From the NCBI GenBank assembly GCA_007126375.1, contig SLBI01000106.1, forward strand, positions 1 to 62,260: 62,260 nucleotides of DNA. The letters are read 5' to 3'. This DNA comes from Paracoccaceae bacterium (GTDB lineage Bacteria; Pseudomonadota; Alphaproteobacteria; Rhodobacterales; Rhodobacteraceae). Below, piece after piece: positions 60,808 to 62,260 of the stretch. A model generated the notes under the pieces. It was not told where the DNA came from. It ran no database searches and was given only the letters and a program-made list of their open reading frames with translations. The translations under genes were made by a program, and so were the position numbers. Every line of letters starts with the position of its first letter. The stretch's first letter is position 1.

Positions 60808-62260
60808 ATGCCTGCCCGACACCTGCGCTGTCTCGCGCTGTCCTCCTCCGCGCTCTGCGCCCTCACACTCGCCCAGCCCGCCGCCGCGTCCTGCGTCGAG
60901 AGCGTCGATGTCTCCGGAAATCCCGTCCTCACCTGCGCGGGCACCGGCTCGGACCGGGTGAACGACGACCGTAGCGACCTGACGGTCATGGTCACCGATT
61001 CCGGCGAGATCGTCCGGGAAAACGGCCGCGCGGTGCAGTTCGGCGGCGACCGGGTCACCGTCGACAACGCTGGCCTGATCGAGAGCCGTGGCGACAACGA
61101 CGGCATCCGGAGCAGCGGCAGCGATCTGACCGTGGATAACGCGGGCACCATCACCGGCACCGACCGCGGTATCCGGCTGACCGACGGCGAGGGGCGGTTT
61201 ACGCTCTTCAACCGAGAGTCCGGCGAAATCCGTTCGCGCCGGCAGGCGGTGCGGCTGGACAATGACGCGCTGCTTTCCGGCAACCTTTTCGAGAACCGGG
61301 GTCTGATCGACAGCTCAGAGGGCCGCGCCATCCAGTCCCGCGGTCCCGGCAACGTGGTGATCAACCACGCCAGCGGCGTGATGCGCGGCGGCGAGGAGGT
61401 GATCGAGGGCCGGATGGACTTCACCGTCGAGAACCACGGTCTCATCGCCCTGCACGGCCTCGACTGGGATCCCGACACCCGGACCTGGACCAACAGTGGC
61501 GCGACAGAAGACGAGGACGGCATCCAGTTCGCCTCGGGCATGCTGGACAACCACGGTGTGATCCTCGCTACTGACGACGGCCTCGACATCGACGAAGGCA
61601 CGCTGCTCAATCGGTCGACCGGCGTGATCGTTTCGGCCGGCCCGAACGATCTGCGCAACTCGGCCGCCGTCGACATCGATGGCATTCTGCAGGACCCCGG
61701 CGGTCCACGCGACGGCGAGATCCCCGGCCCGGTCACGATCGTGAACGAGGGCTACATGGAAGGCCCGACCGGCATCGCTGCAGCGCTGGACGCGGTGCAC
61801 GAAATCGAGATCGCGAATTCAGGCACGCTGATCGGCCGTGGGGGCAATGCCATCGACCTCGCCCCCGGACAGGGCGACACCACCATTGCGCTCTTCGGCA
61901 TGAGCGTCGTTCAGGGCGACATCCTGTTCGGCAACGGCGGCCTCAACACGCTGATCCTCGGCCCGTTCGAGACCGGCGCGGCGTTCGACGGCACGGTGTC
62001 GGCCCGCGGACCCGGCGACCTGCCGGGCGTGTTCGACGTGGCCTTCGGGGACGGCGTCGGGATCGGGGACTTCTACAGCTATCTCTTCGCCGACGACCGC
62101 TTCACGCTCGGCATGCGCGCCGGGGCGGACCGTCTGAGCTTCGATCTCTTCGGCGCCGCCGGGTTCACCCTGGACGGTTCCCGCTACGCGCCGGACGAGT
62201 TCGCCGCGCTGCTGCGCTCGGGCGGTGTCGGGGTGATCCCGCTGCCGGCGGGGATCTGGC
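60808..62260 (+). CDS. Secreted beta-helix-like surface protein with VPLPA-CTERM sorting signal (3' partial)
   Basis: Absent from the ORF track because it has no stop in the window. AAGGAG RBS, signal peptide ending PAAA, repeated (V/I)xNxGxI units, open for 484 codons, ends ...GVIPLPAGIW. Confidence 0.85.
   Translation, partial: MPARHLRCLALSSSALCALTLAQPAAASCVESVDVSGNPVLTCAGTGSDRVNDDRSDLTVMVTDSGEIVRENGRAVQFGGDRVTVDNAGLIESRGDNDGIRSSGSDLTVDNAGTITGTDRGIRLTDGEGRFTLFNRESGEIRSRRQAVRLDNDALLSGNLFENRGLIDSSEGRAIQSRGPGNVVINHASGVMRGGEEVIEGRMDFTVENHGLIALHGLDWDPDTRTWTNSGATEDEDGIQFASGMLDNHGVILATDDGLDIDEGTLLNRSTGVIVSAGPNDLRNSAAVDIDGILQDPGGPRDGEIPGPVTIVNEGYMEGPTGIAAALDAVHEIEIANSGTLIGRGGNAIDLAPGQGDTTIALFGMSVVQGDILFGNGGLNTLILGPFETGAAFDGTVSARGPGDLPGVFDVAFGDGVGIGDFYSYLFADDRFTLGMRAGADRLSFDLFGAAGFTLDGSRYAPDEFAALLRSGGVGVIPLPAGIW

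Overview
High-GC alphaproteobacterial DNA, most likely Rhodobacteraceae (inferred from CtrA-type boxes, a VPLPA-CTERM protein, a Hint-domain protein and many TRAP transporters). It is densely coding; I found no rRNA, tRNA, CRISPR array or mobile element. Blocks: (1) 1-27.7 kb, an uncharacterised catabolic island with two xanthine-dehydrogenase-family Mo-hydroxylases, CoxG, an aldehyde dehydrogenase, a ThDP enzyme, an OphC-like decarboxylase, hydantoinase A/B, an atypical cyclic amidohydrolase with a CxxC protein and CobW, a DadA-like flavoprotein, two TRAP systems and a TetR regulator; three divergent promoters share an ACTRA-N4-TYAGT palindrome. (2) 27.7-31.8 kb, a plcP/agt-like lipid-remodelling pair downstream of an unusual RNA-modification pair: an RluE pseudouridine synthase fused to a Zn-ribbon SAM methyltransferase, translationally coupled to a stand-alone Hen1-type 2'-O-methyltransferase domain with no Pnkp in the window. 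(3) 31.8-41.1 kb, a GntR-linked operon of unknown substrate whose enzymes carry non-canonical catalytic residues. (4) 41.1-51 kb, partial phenylacetate (paa) genes with an ABC importer and a degenerate FadB-like protein. (5) 51-62 kb, msrA, mepA, MFS, cueR-copA, a Hint-domain protein, a class III aminotransferase and a VPLPA-CTERM surface protein cut by the window end. All assignments rest on motif recognition by eye; no database searches were run.
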